Source: Candidatus Eiseniibacteriota bacterium
Lineage (GTDB): Bacteria; Eisenbacteria; RBG-16-71-46
Assembly: GCA_963707915.1 (NCBI GenBank)
Contig: OY970178.1
Coordinates: 2,208,001 to 2,272,000, forward strand
Direction: 5' to 3'
DNA: 64,000 bases
In this document: piece by piece, positions 9,316-18,580 of the stretch
Position numbering within the stretch: position 1 is the stretch's first letter
How the letters are laid out: each line of letters starts with the position of its first letter
The notes under the pieces: generated by a model
Seen by the model: the letters and a program-made list of their open reading frames with translations, nothing else
Databases searched by the model: none
Told to the model about the DNA's origin: nothing
Position numbers and translations under genes: made by a program

Positions 9316-10231
9316 GGGCCGCCCCGACCACGTCCGCGAGCGAGCCGAGCGCCTCGTCCCGCAGGTACTCCTCGATCCCTTCGTTGATCTCCCGGAAGAT
9401 CTCCAGGCCGCGGTAGTAGACCCCGCTGCCGATGCCCACGGCGGTGGCGCCGGCCAGGAGGAGCTGCAGCGCGCCGTCGGCGTCGGTGACTCCGCCCGTG
9501 GCGATGATGGGCAGGGCGACGGCGCGCCGGACCTCGAACACCGCGCGCACGGCCAGCGGCAGGATCGCCGGCCCCGAGAGACCGCCGACCTGGTTCGCGA
9601 GCACCGGCCGGCGCGCCCCGACGTCGATGACCATGCCGGGCCCGACCGTGTTGATGGCGGTGATCGCGCGGGCGCCGTTCTCGGCGCAGGTCCTGGCGGC
9701 CCGTCCGATGGCGCCGTAGTTCGCGGACAGCTTCACGGCGACCGGGATCGGAGCCGCCGCCTCGACCACGGCGCGAGTGACCGCCGCCAGGCTGCCGGGC
9801 TCCGACTCGAACGGGGCGCCGTACTCGGAGGCCACGTTCGGACAGGAGACGTTCGCCTCGACCAGGTCGGGCGCGGCGCCCGCGGCCAGCGCCGCGACCT
9901 CGCGGAACTCCTCGATCGTGGCGCCGAAGATGGACGCCACGATCGGGGTGGACGTTCGCCCGCGGTACTCGCGGATCTCCCGGGTCGCGGCCTCGGCCCC
10001 CGGGTTCGACAGGCCGACCGCGTTCAGCAACCCGGGCCCGGAGGAGATGATCGACGGGCCGCGGTGTCCCGCCCGCTCGCGGAGGCAGAAGGACTTGGTG
10101 GTGACCGCCCCCGCACCCGCCCGGGCCACCGCGCACAGCGAGGAGGCGGTCACCCCCAGGATCCCCGACGCCAGCACCAGGGGCGACCCGAGCGCGACGC
10201 CGGCCAGGTCCACGCGCAGGGCGGCGCTCAC
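9305..10231 (-). CDS. pyrD: Dihydroorotate dehydrogenase (class 1B)
   Basis: 'NAVGLSNPG', 'NVSCPNV', 'VKLS', 'AINT', 'GGLSGPAI'; GTG start overlaps the pyrI stop. Confidence 0.93.
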   Translation of the reverse strand: MSAALRVDLAGVALGSPLVLASGILGVTASSLCAVARAGAGAVTTKSFCLRERAGHRGPSIISSGPGLLNAVGLSNPGAEAATREIREYRGRTSTPIVASIFGATIEEFREVAALAAGAAPDLVEANVSCPNVASEYGAPFESEPGSLAAVTRAVVEAAAPIPVAVKLSANYGAIGRAARTCAENGARAITAINTVGPGMVIDVGARRPVLANQVGGLSGPAILPLAVRAVFEVRRAVALPIIATGGVTDADGALQLLLAGATAVGIGSGVYYRGLEIFREINEGIEEYLRDEALGSLADVVGAAHDA

Positions 10232-10707
10232 CCGGGCACCCGGACGAGCACCGGCAACTCCTCCAGCTCGAAGACGCGCTCGCAGAAGGCGCATCGGAAG
10301 CGGCGCCCGGCCGGCGTCTCCCGCCGGAAGCGGGTCACCACGTCGCCCTCGGAGTTCGTGATGCAGTTCGGGTTCCGGCATCGCGCCAGGCCGACGATCT
10401 CCAGGGGCACGGTGGTGGTGATCCGCTCCTGGACCCCGTAGCCCTGGATGCGCTTGAGGGTGACCCCGGAGCAGACCAGCGCCAGGTGCTCCTGCAGCCG
10501 GGGAGGGAGGTCCTGCAGCTGGAGCTTGATCAGGTCCTTGCGGCCGAGCTTCCGGCTCGAGCAGTTCAGCCCGACCGTCGTGATGACCTCGCTCATCTCG
10601 GGGTACGAGCGGATGATCGCCAGGATCTTGAGCCCGTAGCCCACGGGGATGTGGTCGATGACGATGCCCGCTTCGATCTTCGGGATGAACAGCACCGGCT
10701 CGTTCAT
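10228..10707 (-). CDS. pyrI: Aspartate carbamoyltransferase regulatory subunit
   Basis: 'GIVIDHIP', 'KDLIK', Zn site 'CRNPNCITN...CAFCE'. Confidence 0.93.
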   Translation of the reverse strand: MNEPVLFIPKIEAGIVIDHIPVGYGLKILAIIRSYPEMSEVITTVGLNCSSRKLGRKDLIKLQLQDLPPRLQEHLALVCSGVTLKRIQGYGVQERITTTVPLEIVGLARCRNPNCITNSEGDVVTRFRRETPAGRRFRCAFCERVFELEELPVLVRVPG

Positions 10708-11624
10708 GACAGGACCTCCAGCAGGTCCGCCAGGATGGCCTGGCGAACCACCACCCCGTTCCCCACCTGGTCGAAGTACTTCGCGTGCAGCGTCGGGTCG
10801 ACGTCGGTGTGGATCTCGTCGACGCGCGGCAGCGGATGGAGGATCCGCAGGTGCGCGGGCGCGCCGGCCAGCATGCCCGCGTCGAGGTGGCACGAATGCC
10901 GGACCTTCTCGAACTCCAGCAGGTCGGGAAAGCGCTCCTTCTGGATCCGGGTGACGTAGAGCGCGTCGCACGAGCGGATGGCCGCGGACAGGTCCTCGGT
11001 CTCTTCGAATGCCAGGCCCCGGCGGGAGCCTTCCTCCCGCAGGTGCGCCGGGAGACGCAGCGCCGGAGGCGACACCAGCCGGCAGTGGATCCCCGGGTAG
11101 TGTCCCAGCGCCTGGACCAGGGAATGCACGGTGCGCGAGTACTTCAGGTCGCCGGCCATCGCGATCCGGAGGCCGTCGAGCCGGCCGAAGAGCTGGCGCA
11201 GCGTGTAGAGGTCGAGGAGCGTCTGGCTCGGGTGCTGGTTGCTCCCGTCCCCCGCGTTGACCACGGGGACACGGCTCGCCTCCGCCGCCACGCGCGCGGC
11301 CCCCTCCCGCGGGTGCCGGATCGCCAGGATGTCCGCGTAGCGCTCCACCGTCCGGATCGTGTCCCGCAGCGACTCGCCCTTGGCCACGGAACTGGTCGCC
11401 GCCTCGGAGAAACCGACCGCGCCGCCCCCGAGGCGCAGCATCGCGGTCTCGAAGCTCAGCCGCGTGCGGGTGCTGGGCTCGAAGAACAGCACGCCCAGGA
11501 TGCGGCCATCGAGCAGGCGGGCCTTCTCGGCCGGACTGCGCCGCTCGAGGCCGGCCGCCAGATCGAGGTACCGGTCCAGCGTCGGCCGGTCGAGGTCATC
11601 CACGGAGACGAGGTCTCGCTTCAC
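10704..11624 (-). CDS. pyrB: Aspartate carbamoyltransferase catalytic subunit
   Basis: 'FFEPSTRTRLSFE', 'KGESL', 'NAGDGSNQHPSQ', 'GDLKYSRT', 'HPLPRVDEI'. Confidence 0.96.
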   Translation of the reverse strand: MKRDLVSVDDLDRPTLDRYLDLAAGLERRSPAEKARLLDGRILGVLFFEPSTRTRLSFETAMLRLGGGAVGFSEAATSSVAKGESLRDTIRTVERYADILAIRHPREGAARVAAEASRVPVVNAGDGSNQHPSQTLLDLYTLRQLFGRLDGLRIAMAGDLKYSRTVHSLVQALGHYPGIHCRLVSPPALRLPAHLREEGSRRGLAFEETEDLSAAIRSCDALYVTRIQKERFPDLLEFEKVRHSCHLDAGMLAGAPAHLRILHPLPRVDEIHTDVDPTLHAKYFDQVGNGVVVRQAILADLLEVLS

Positions 11625-12319
11625 GGGGTCGGCCCTCCCGGGGCCTCGAGTCGTTCCAGGCAGGACATGGGATCCGCGGCCCTCAGCAGGGAGCGTCCCA
11701 CGATGACGTAGTGCTTCCGGAGCGACGGGAGCCCTTCGACCCGTCCGCCCTGCGCTCCCAGGCCCGGCGAGTAGAACTCCCAGTCCCCGTCGGGGCCGAG
11801 CGCGCGGACCACGTCCGCGACTCGCGCGGGCTTCGTGAGGGGCACGACGAAGGCCGTGACCCCCAACCCGGCCGCCCGCCGGTAGGCGTCGAGCATCCCC
11901 TCGTCGGACAGGTAGCCGCCCTCGGACACCAGGTAGCGATCGTGGGTCATGACACCTCCCACGATCACCTTCCGGCCCGCATCCCGGAGCGCCGTGACGA
12001 AGCCGGCCAGGGTGGCCGGGCCGGCCTGGGGGAACACGATCACCTCGTCGATCCCGGCCCGGGACACGACCCCGGCGAAGAGCGCGGCCGTATCGGGGAT
12101 GTCCGTGCCGGCCTTCTGGTGGTCGTAGAGCAACGGTCGTCCGGACACGCGCCGGATCGCCTTCACGACGGCGCCGAGCCCATGGGTGAGCCCCAGCGCG
12201 AAGCCCAGCTTGTAGCCGTACACGGACGGCGCCCGGTCGACGGCTTCGACCAGCCGCAGCGCCTCGGCCAGGTCGTCGGTGTCCAGCGCCGGGATCCACC
12301 GTCGCGTGGCGACGCTCAT
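11621..12319 (-). CDS. pyrF: Orotidine 5'-phosphate decarboxylase (atypical active-site spacing)
   Basis: 'IPALD', 'GYKLG', 'YDHQKAGTDIPDT', 'SPGLGAQGG', 'IVGRS'; position inside the pyr operon. Confidence 0.85.
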   Translation of the reverse strand: MSVATRRWIPALDTDDLAEALRLVEAVDRAPSVYGYKLGFALGLTHGLGAVVKAIRRVSGRPLLYDHQKAGTDIPDTAALFAGVVSRAGIDEVIVFPQAGPATLAGFVTALRDAGRKVIVGGVMTHDRYLVSEGGYLSDEGMLDAYRRAAGLGVTAFVVPLTKPARVADVVRALGPDGDWEFYSPGLGAQGGRVEGLPSLRKHYVIVGRSLLRAADPMSCLERLEAPGGPTP

Positions 12320-12933
12320 GCGCCCTCCTCGTGGTAGCGGCGGACGACCTGGCCACGCGGGTCCCCGCGCGATTCCAGGTACGCGGCCAGGTCCAGCATG
12401 GTGATCAGCGCGTGCACCGGCAGCCGTTCCCGATCGAAGGAGCAACCCTTCCGCGTGCGGTCGAGGACCACCAGGATGCCGTGGGGCCGCACGCCGAACG
12501 TCTCCTCCAGCAGGCGGGAGGATTCCAGCTTGGTCCCGCCGGAGCTCAGCACGTCGTCGACGACGACGACCTGGTCCTCCGCGGCGGGGCGCGGCCCGAC
12601 GAACCGGCCCCGCTCCCCGTGGACCTTGGCCTCCTTGCGGTGATAGAGGATGGACAGGGACCATCCGAGCTCCCGCCCGGCCGCCATGGCCGTCGCGGCG
12701 GCCAGGACGACGCCCTTGTACGGCGGCCCAAGCAGCAGCGTGGCCCCGGGGAAGCGCCCGCGCAGTCCGCGAGCCAGGGCTGCGCCCAGGAGCATCAGGT
12801 CGTCCCCGCGGACCACGGCCCCCAGGTCCACGAAGAACGGCGACGGCTCGCCCGACTTGAGCGTGAAGTCCCCGAAGCGCACGGCCTCGCAGCGCAGCAG
12901 CAGGGAGATCAGCGGATCGCGGGGATCGTTCAA
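12316..12933 (-). CDS. pyrE: Orotate phosphoribosyltransferase
   Basis: 'FGDFTLKSGEPSPFFVD', 'GPPYKG', 'RKEAKVHGE', 'VVDDVLSSGGT'; TTG start after GAGGAGG. Confidence 0.93.
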   Translation of the reverse strand: MNDPRDPLISLLLRCEAVRFGDFTLKSGEPSPFFVDLGAVVRGDDLMLLGAALARGLRGRFPGATLLLGPPYKGVVLAAATAMAAGRELGWSLSILYHRKEAKVHGERGRFVGPRPAAEDQVVVVDDVLSSGGTKLESSRLLEETFGVRPHGILVVLDRTRKGCSFDRERLPVHALITMLDLAAYLESRGDPRGQVVRRYHEEGA

Positions 12934-14243
12934 CGGGTCACCTCCTCGCCCCGCACGTCGTCCGGGAAGACGGGCCCGGGGACCGTCCCGTCTCCCCCGC
13001 GCGGCGCCTCGCGATAGGCGAGCGCCCCGCCGACGAAGACCGCCTCCACGTGCCACTCGAGCCCGAGGTGGGCGTAGGGCTGGTGGGCCGCCCGCGTGAC
13101 GACCGGCCCCCGCGGGGCCCCGCGACCCAGCACGACCACGTCCGCCGGAGCGCCCGGCGCGAGGCCGAAGTCCCGCGCGAGGCGGTAGCACTCCCGGGCG
13201 CGCGCCCCGATCGCCCCGAGCGCTCGTTCCCACCCCAGCACGCCCCGCTCCACGAGGTGGGCCACGACCGGCAGGTACCACTCGATGCCCGCGATCCCCG
13301 CCGGGGCCCGTGCCCCCTGCGCCTTCTCGGCCGGCGCGTGCGGAGCGTGGTCGGTGGAGAGGAAGTCGATCGTCCCATCCCGCAGCGCCGCCCGCAGGGC
13401 GGCGGCGTCCGCCGCACCGCGCAGGGGCGGATTGACCTTCAACGGAGCCCCCTCGCGTTCGTAGTCCTCCACGGTGAGCAGGAGATAGTGAGGACAGGTC
13501 TCGCCCCAGACGTCGAAGCCCCGGTCCTTCATCTCCCGCAGCCACTCCACGTCGTCCACGGTCGAGGCGTGACAGAGGACCACGCGCGGACGTTCGACGT
13601 CGGGCAGCGACTCCAGCGCCCCGGCCAGCTTCGCCAGGCCCGACCGCACCGCCTGCCGGGGGCGGCGGAGATGGTGATCGTGCGCGTTCGCGCCGGCCGA
13701 CCGCGGCTCGAGGAAGCAGGCCTCGTCCTCGGCATGAACGGCGACGACGCGATGGCTCCGCAGCACCTCCCGCAGCGGGCCCACCTCCCGCAGCGCGGCC
13801 ACCGAGGAGGACCGGGCCATGTAGATCTTCGCCGACGCATACGGCCCGGTCCGCGGCCCGGTCTCGAAGGGGGCGTGCACGTGCAGACCCCAGTGGACCC
13901 GGCACTCGCGGCGGAAGACCTCCCGTTTCTGCTCGAGGCGCGCGGCGTCCGTGATGGGAGGAGCGTCGTTGGGCATGTCGAGGACGGCGGTGACGCCGCC
14001 CTTGAGCGCCGCCCGCGACCCGTTCGCGACTCCCTCCTTGTACTCCTGCCGGAAGCAGCGGAAGTGGGTGTGCGCGTCGATCGCTCCCGGCAGCACCAGC
14101 CGGTCGCGGACGTCCAGGACGCCGGTCGTGACCGTGCCCGCGTCCGGGGACGCCGGGAACCCGATGCGGCCCCCGCGCGCTTCCAGCGTGCCCGTCTCCC
14201 AGTTCCCCGCCTTCGACAGGTACCGGGCATGGGTCAGCAGCAT
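12930..14243 (-). CDS. pyrC: Dihydroorotase
   Basis: 'PGAIDAHTHFR', 'GGVTAVLDMPN', 'HAED', 'ETCPHYL', 'KVNPPLR', 'STDHAPH'. Confidence 0.92.
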   Translation of the reverse strand: MLLTHARYLSKAGNWETGTLEARGGRIGFPASPDAGTVTTGVLDVRDRLVLPGAIDAHTHFRCFRQEYKEGVANGSRAALKGGVTAVLDMPNDAPPITDAARLEQKREVFRRECRVHWGLHVHAPFETGPRTGPYASAKIYMARSSSVAALREVGPLREVLRSHRVVAVHAEDEACFLEPRSAGANAHDHHLRRPRQAVRSGLAKLAGALESLPDVERPRVVLCHASTVDDVEWLREMKDRGFDVWGETCPHYLLLTVEDYEREGAPLKVNPPLRGAADAAALRAALRDGTIDFLSTDHAPHAPAEKAQGARAPAGIAGIEWYLPVVAHLVERGVLGWERALGAIGARARECYRLARDFGLAPGAPADVVVLGRGAPRGPVVTRAAHQPYAHLGLEWHVEAVFVGGALAYREAPRGGDGTVPGPVFPDDVRGEEVTR

Positions 14244-14460
14244 GGGTGCGCACCGCGGCGCCGTGCCGCCGGGACGTCGTCGCGGACAGCCGGGGAAGCG
14301 ACGGGAAGATCGGGACGGCGGGGCCGGTCGGCGGCGGCGGGGACGAGGTGCGAGCGGGGGAGCGCGCCCGGAGTGGATCGCGGAGCGGTCGGACCCGGCG
14401 GGGGTCCGAACTCGGCCATCGCCCATGAGGGCTCCAGCGAAACCACGCTTGCCAACATGA

Positions 14461-14490
14461 CCTCGCCCTGCCTCTCGGGCCCAGTCGAGG
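14461..14490 (-). promoter_or_regulatory. Hairpin in the pyr leader resembling a PyrR-binding loop
   Basis: Minus strand CCTCG-ACTG-GGCCCGAGAGGC-AG-GG-CGAGG; contains the CCNGNGAGGY core. Confidence 0.4.
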
Positions 14491-14543
14491 AGTGTGTCAA
14501 CCGACCACCGCGCCGCATCGCGGCCGCGGACATGACCGGGCGG

Positions 14544-14572
14544 AACATAGACCGGTCGGAACGCAAGGGCAA
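14544..14572 (-). promoter_or_regulatory. sigma70-type promoter of the pyr operon
   Basis: Minus strand TTGCCC-N17-TATGTT. Confidence 0.55.
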
Positions 14573-14678
14573 CCCGGGACCCGCGCGGGCGCCCCCCTCC
14601 TTGCCGCGTCCGGCGGGGCCCGACTACAGTGCCCGGTCCGGTCACCACCTTCCGGCCCCTCCCACGCTCGGAGCCCGC

Positions 14679-15794
14679 ATGGTCCTTCCCGCCCCCAACA
14701 CGCTCGCCATCGTCGGTGCCGGCCCGGTCGGGCTCGAGGCCGCCCTCGCGGCGCTCGACCTCGGCTTCGACCCGCAGGTGTTCGAGCAGGGCGAGGTGGC
14801 CTCGCACCCGCTCGCCTGGGGGCACGTCCGGATGTTCACGCCCTGGGGCATGAACCTCGGGAAGCACTCGCGCGCGCACCTCGAGCAGGCGGGCTGGACC
14901 GCCCCCGATCCCGAGGAACTTCCCAGCGGCCTCGAGCTGGCCGAGCGTTACCTGCAGCCGCTCGCGCAGCTGCCGGAGCTGGACGGCCGCATCCATCCGT
15001 TCACCCAGGTGGTGCGGGCGGGCCGGCACGGCCTGCGGCGCGGCGAGCGCGCCGGCACGCGGCACCTGCGGCCCTTCCGCCTGCTGCTGCGCGACCAGGG
15101 CGGGCGAGAGAGCTTCCACCACGCCTTCTCGCTGGTGGACGCGTCGGGCGTCTACGCCAACCCCGGCTGGGCCGGCACCGGCGGCATCCCGGCGCGCAAC
15201 GAGCAGTACCTGCGCCCGCAGCTCGCCTATCACGTCGAGGACGTGCTGGGCCTGGACCGCGGGAAGTACGCGGGCCGGCGCACGATCGTGATCGGCGAGG
15301 GGACGTTCGCGGCGACGACCGTGGTGGCGCTGGCCCGGCTCGCCGACGAGGCGCCGGGGACCTCGGTGGCGTGGGTCACGCGCCCCGGCGCGGCGGAGCT
15401 CTTCGCCGCCGCGGAGCACGACCCGCTGCCCCGGAGGCGCGAGCTGCGCCTGCGGGCGCGCGCGCTCGCCTCGGGCGGGCACCCGGCGGTGGCGCACGTC
15501 GGCGGCGCGGAGGTCGAGGAGCTCGAGTTCCTCGCGGCCACCCGCGGCTACCGGGTGCTCCTCGCCACCGGCGCGGAGCCGCGCACCGAGGAGGCGGACC
15601 GCGTCATCGTCAACGCGGGCTTCGGGCCGGACGAGGCGCTCTGCCGCGAACTGGACGCCGACGAGCCGCGGTTCTTCTCGCCGGGGCGCGAACCGCACGG
15701 TCTCGAACCGGACTTCCTGCTCGAGGCCGGCTACCGGCAGGTCGCCGCCGCGGTGGCGCGCTTCGCCGACGGGATGCGCGCGGGCGTTTCGTAG
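14679..15794 (+). CDS. FAD-dependent oxidoreductase / flavin monooxygenase-like
   Basis: 'IVGAGPVG', 'WGHVRMFTPW', 'VDASG', second Rossmann 'VIGEG'; upstream TTGCCG-N18-TACAGT. Confidence 0.8.
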   Translation: MVLPAPNTLAIVGAGPVGLEAALAALDLGFDPQVFEQGEVASHPLAWGHVRMFTPWGMNLGKHSRAHLEQAGWTAPDPEELPSGLELAERYLQPLAQLPELDGRIHPFTQVVRAGRHGLRRGERAGTRHLRPFRLLLRDQGGRESFHHAFSLVDASGVYANPGWAGTGGIPARNEQYLRPQLAYHVEDVLGLDRGKYAGRRTIVIGEGTFAATTVVALARLADEAPGTSVAWVTRPGAAELFAAAEHDPLPRRRELRLRARALASGGHPAVAHVGGAEVEELEFLAATRGYRVLLATGAEPRTEEADRVIVNAGFGPDEALCRELDADEPRFFSPGREPHGLEPDFLLEAGYRQVAAAVARFADGMRAGVS

Positions 15795-15874
15795 CGCCCG
15801 CGCGGCCCGGTGGGCCGCGGCCGTGGCCCTCCCCGCTTGCCGTCGCGGCGCCGCGGGGTGCTACCCTGCGCCGC

Positions 15875-17350
15875 ATGGACCGGGATCCCGGAGCTCTCGC
15901 CGAGTTGCGCGCCCTGCTGGGCCACGACGGCGTGCTCGACGACGGGGCGGCGCGCTTCGCCTACGAGGCCGATGCGCTCACGCTCGAGCGCGGCCTGGCC
16001 GACTTCGTGGTGCTGCCGCGCTCGACCGACGAGGTCGCGGCCCTGGTGCGCTGGGCGCACGCCAACGGAGTGCCGGTGACCCCGCGCGGGGCGGGCACCG
16101 GGCTGGCGGGCGGCGCCACGCCGCGCCACGGCGGCATGCTGCTGGTGACGAGCCGCATGGACCAGGTGCTCGCGCTCGATCCGCAGCGGATGTTCGCGTG
16201 GGTCCAGCCCGGGCTGGTGAACGCGCGGCTCTCCGCGCTGGCCGCGCCGCACGGACTGCATTTCGCGCCCGACCCGTCCTCGCAGCCGGTCAGCACGATC
16301 GGGGGCAACGTCGCCGCCAATGCCGGCGGCCCGCACTGCCTCAAGCACGGCGTCACGGCGAACCACGTGCTCGGCCTGGTCGTGGTGCTGCACGACGGCA
16401 GCGTCGTGACGCTGGGCGGCGAGGCGCCGGACTCGCCCGACGCCGAGCTCGCCTCCCTGGTCGCGGGCAGCGAGGGCACGCTCGGCGTCCTCTGCGAGAT
16501 CTGCGTGCGGCTCGTGCCGCGGCCCGAGGCGGTGCACACCATGAGCTTCTACTTCCCGGTGATCGAGGACGCCTGCCGCGCGGTCTCCGCGGTGATCGCC
16601 GCCGGGATCGTGCCGGCCGCGATGGAGTTGATGGACCGCCAGACCATGGAGCTGGTCGAGGCCTGGCTGCACCTCGGGCTGCCGCTGGACACCGCCGCGA
16701 TGCTCATCATCGAGGTGGACGGGCCGGCCGTGAGCCTGCCGGCGCAGGTCGAGCGCATCACCGCCATCACCCGGGAGCACGGCGCGCGCGGCGTCCGCGT
16801 CGCGAGCGACGCGGCGGAGCGCGCCGCGCTGTGGCGGGGGCGCAAGTCGTCGTTCGGGGCCTACGGGCGCACCGGCCTCGCGTTCACCCAGATGGACGGC
16901 ACGGTGCCGCGCTCGCGCCTGGCCGAGGCGGTCACCGCGGTGTACGCGCTGGCGGCGGCACGCGGCCTGGGCGCCGGCACGCTGATGCATGCGGGCGACG
17001 GCAACCTCCACCCGCACATCCTCTACGACCCGGACGACGAGGCGCAGCGGCGCGCCGCGCTCGAGGTCTCGGAGGAGATCCTGCGCGTCTGCATCCGGCT
17101 GGGCGGCACCATCTCCGGCGAGCACGGCATCGGCCTCGAGAAGGTCCCGATGATGAGCGAGGTCTACGCGCCCGCCGATCTCGCGACCATGGCCCGGCTG
17201 CGCCGGGCCTTCGACCCCGCCGGCCGGCTGAACCCGGGCAAGGTGCTGCCGGACGGTGCCGCCGGCGACGCGACGCCGGGGCGCGAACGCGGTCCGGCGC
17301 GACGCGGGGGCAGCGGCTTCAACGAGGAGCTGGAGGGAACATGGAGCTGA
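15875..17350 (+). CDS. glcD: FAD-linked oxidase, glycolate oxidase subunit GlcD-like
   Basis: 'PRGAGTGLAGGA', 'PDPSSQ..STIGGNVAANAGGPHCLKHG', 'HAGDGNLHP', 'GEHGIGLEK'. Confidence 0.88.
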   Translation: MDRDPGALAELRALLGHDGVLDDGAARFAYEADALTLERGLADFVVLPRSTDEVAALVRWAHANGVPVTPRGAGTGLAGGATPRHGGMLLVTSRMDQVLALDPQRMFAWVQPGLVNARLSALAAPHGLHFAPDPSSQPVSTIGGNVAANAGGPHCLKHGVTANHVLGLVVVLHDGSVVTLGGEAPDSPDAELASLVAGSEGTLGVLCEICVRLVPRPEAVHTMSFYFPVIEDACRAVSAVIAAGIVPAAMELMDRQTMELVEAWLHLGLPLDTAAMLIIEVDGPAVSLPAQVERITAITREHGARGVRVASDAAERAALWRGRKSSFGAYGRTGLAFTQMDGTVPRSRLAEAVTAVYALAAARGLGAGTLMHAGDGNLHPHILYDPDDEAQRRAALEVSEEILRVCIRLGGTISGEHGIGLEKVPMMSEVYAPADLATMARLRRAFDPAGRLNPGKVLPDGAAGDATPGRERGPARRGGSGFNEELEGTWS

Positions 17351-18573
17351 ACCGATCCGACCGCGCGGTTCCAGAACGCGGGCCGGGCGCCGAGCCGGCC
17401 CCCCACGCGGCGTGGCCGCTCGCCATCGTGCTCAGCATCGCGCTCGGCGTCGTCTTCCGGCTCACCGCGTGGCACCGCCTGGGGATGGTGTTCCTGCCCG
17501 GCTACGTGTGGGGCCCGGCGGCGGGCGGGGCGATCCTGCTCTACCTGTGGCTCGCCCGGCGCCGCCTGCGCGCGGCCGGCCCGACCGGGGACGGGACCGC
17601 TTCGCCCGGGCCCGCGCAGGTCGCGTGGGCCGCGCTCGTGCTGTCCGGCTTCGTCGCGAACGCGCTCACCTTCGCGCCGGAGCGCCCCGGCTCGCTTGCG
17701 CTGCTCGCCGCCATCCACCTGCCCCTGCTCACCTGGCTCGTGATGGGCGTGGCGGTGCTGGGCCGGGTGGACGATCCGCTCGAGCGCTTCGCCGCGGTGG
17801 TCAAGTCCATCGAGGTGTTGGTGACGGGCGCGATCTACGCCGGCGTGGCGGCGATCTTCGCCGGCGTGACGATCGGCCTGCTCACCGCGCTGCAGGTCAA
17901 GCCCCCCCCGCCGCTGCTCGAGGCGACCTTCGCGTTCCTCGTCGGGCTCGTCCCCGTGCTGGCGGTGGCGAGCGTCTACGATCCCGCCCTGCGGCCCTCG
18001 GACCAGCGCTTCGGCGCGGGCGTGACGCGGGTGTTCTTCCTCGCGGCGCGGCTCTTCCTCCCGCTCACGGCGCTCGTGCTGCTGACCGTGGCGGTCATCC
18101 TCCCGGCGCGCTTCGGGATGCTCTCGGAGAACCGCGCGACGCTCCTGGTCTTCAACGCGATGCTCTTCGCCGTGATGTTGCTGGTCGTGGGCGCCACGCC
18201 GTTGCGCACCGGCGACCTCGCGCCGCGCCCCGGGGCCTGGCTGCGGCGCGGCATCGTGGTCGTCGCGCTCCTGGCGGTCGTGGTCGGCGCCTTCGCGCTC
18301 GCCGCCGTCCTCTCGCGCACCGCCCGCGGCGGGCTCACGCCCAACCGGCTCACGGTGATCGGCTGGAACGTGGCGAACCTCCTCACCCTGGCCCTGCTCC
18401 TGCTGCGCCAGTCGCGCGCCGGCCGCGACGGCTGGGTGCGCGCGCTGCAGGCGGCGTTCGGCGAGGGGCTCGCCCTCTACGCCGTGTGGTCGGCGTTCGT
18501 GCTGGTCGCCCTGCCGCACCTCGCGCGCGCCGCGCACTGGCCGGTGTCCACCGGCCCCGGGCTCGGCGGCTGA
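17341..18573 (+). CDS. Polytopic membrane protein (DUF4153-like)
   Basis: About 10 hydrophobic segments; 'LLVFNAMLFAV', 'GLTPNRLTVIGWN'. Confidence 0.65.
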   Translation: MELNRSDRAVPERGPGAEPAPHAAWPLAIVLSIALGVVFRLTAWHRLGMVFLPGYVWGPAAGGAILLYLWLARRRLRAAGPTGDGTASPGPAQVAWAALVLSGFVANALTFAPERPGSLALLAAIHLPLLTWLVMGVAVLGRVDDPLERFAAVVKSIEVLVTGAIYAGVAAIFAGVTIGLLTALQVKPPPPLLEATFAFLVGLVPVLAVASVYDPALRPSDQRFGAGVTRVFFLAARLFLPLTALVLLTVAVILPARFGMLSENRATLLVFNAMLFAVMLLVVGATPLRTGDLAPRPGAWLRRGIVVVALLAVVVGAFALAAVLSRTARGGLTPNRLTVIGWNVANLLTLALLLLRQSRAGRDGWVRALQAAFGEGLALYAVWSAFVLVALPHLARAAHWPVSTGPGLGG

Positions 18574-18580
18574 GGGCCGC

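Noticed and set aside
14495..14500. Perfect TTGACA on the minus strand in the pyr leader
   Set aside because: No -10-like hexamer 16-18 nt downstream
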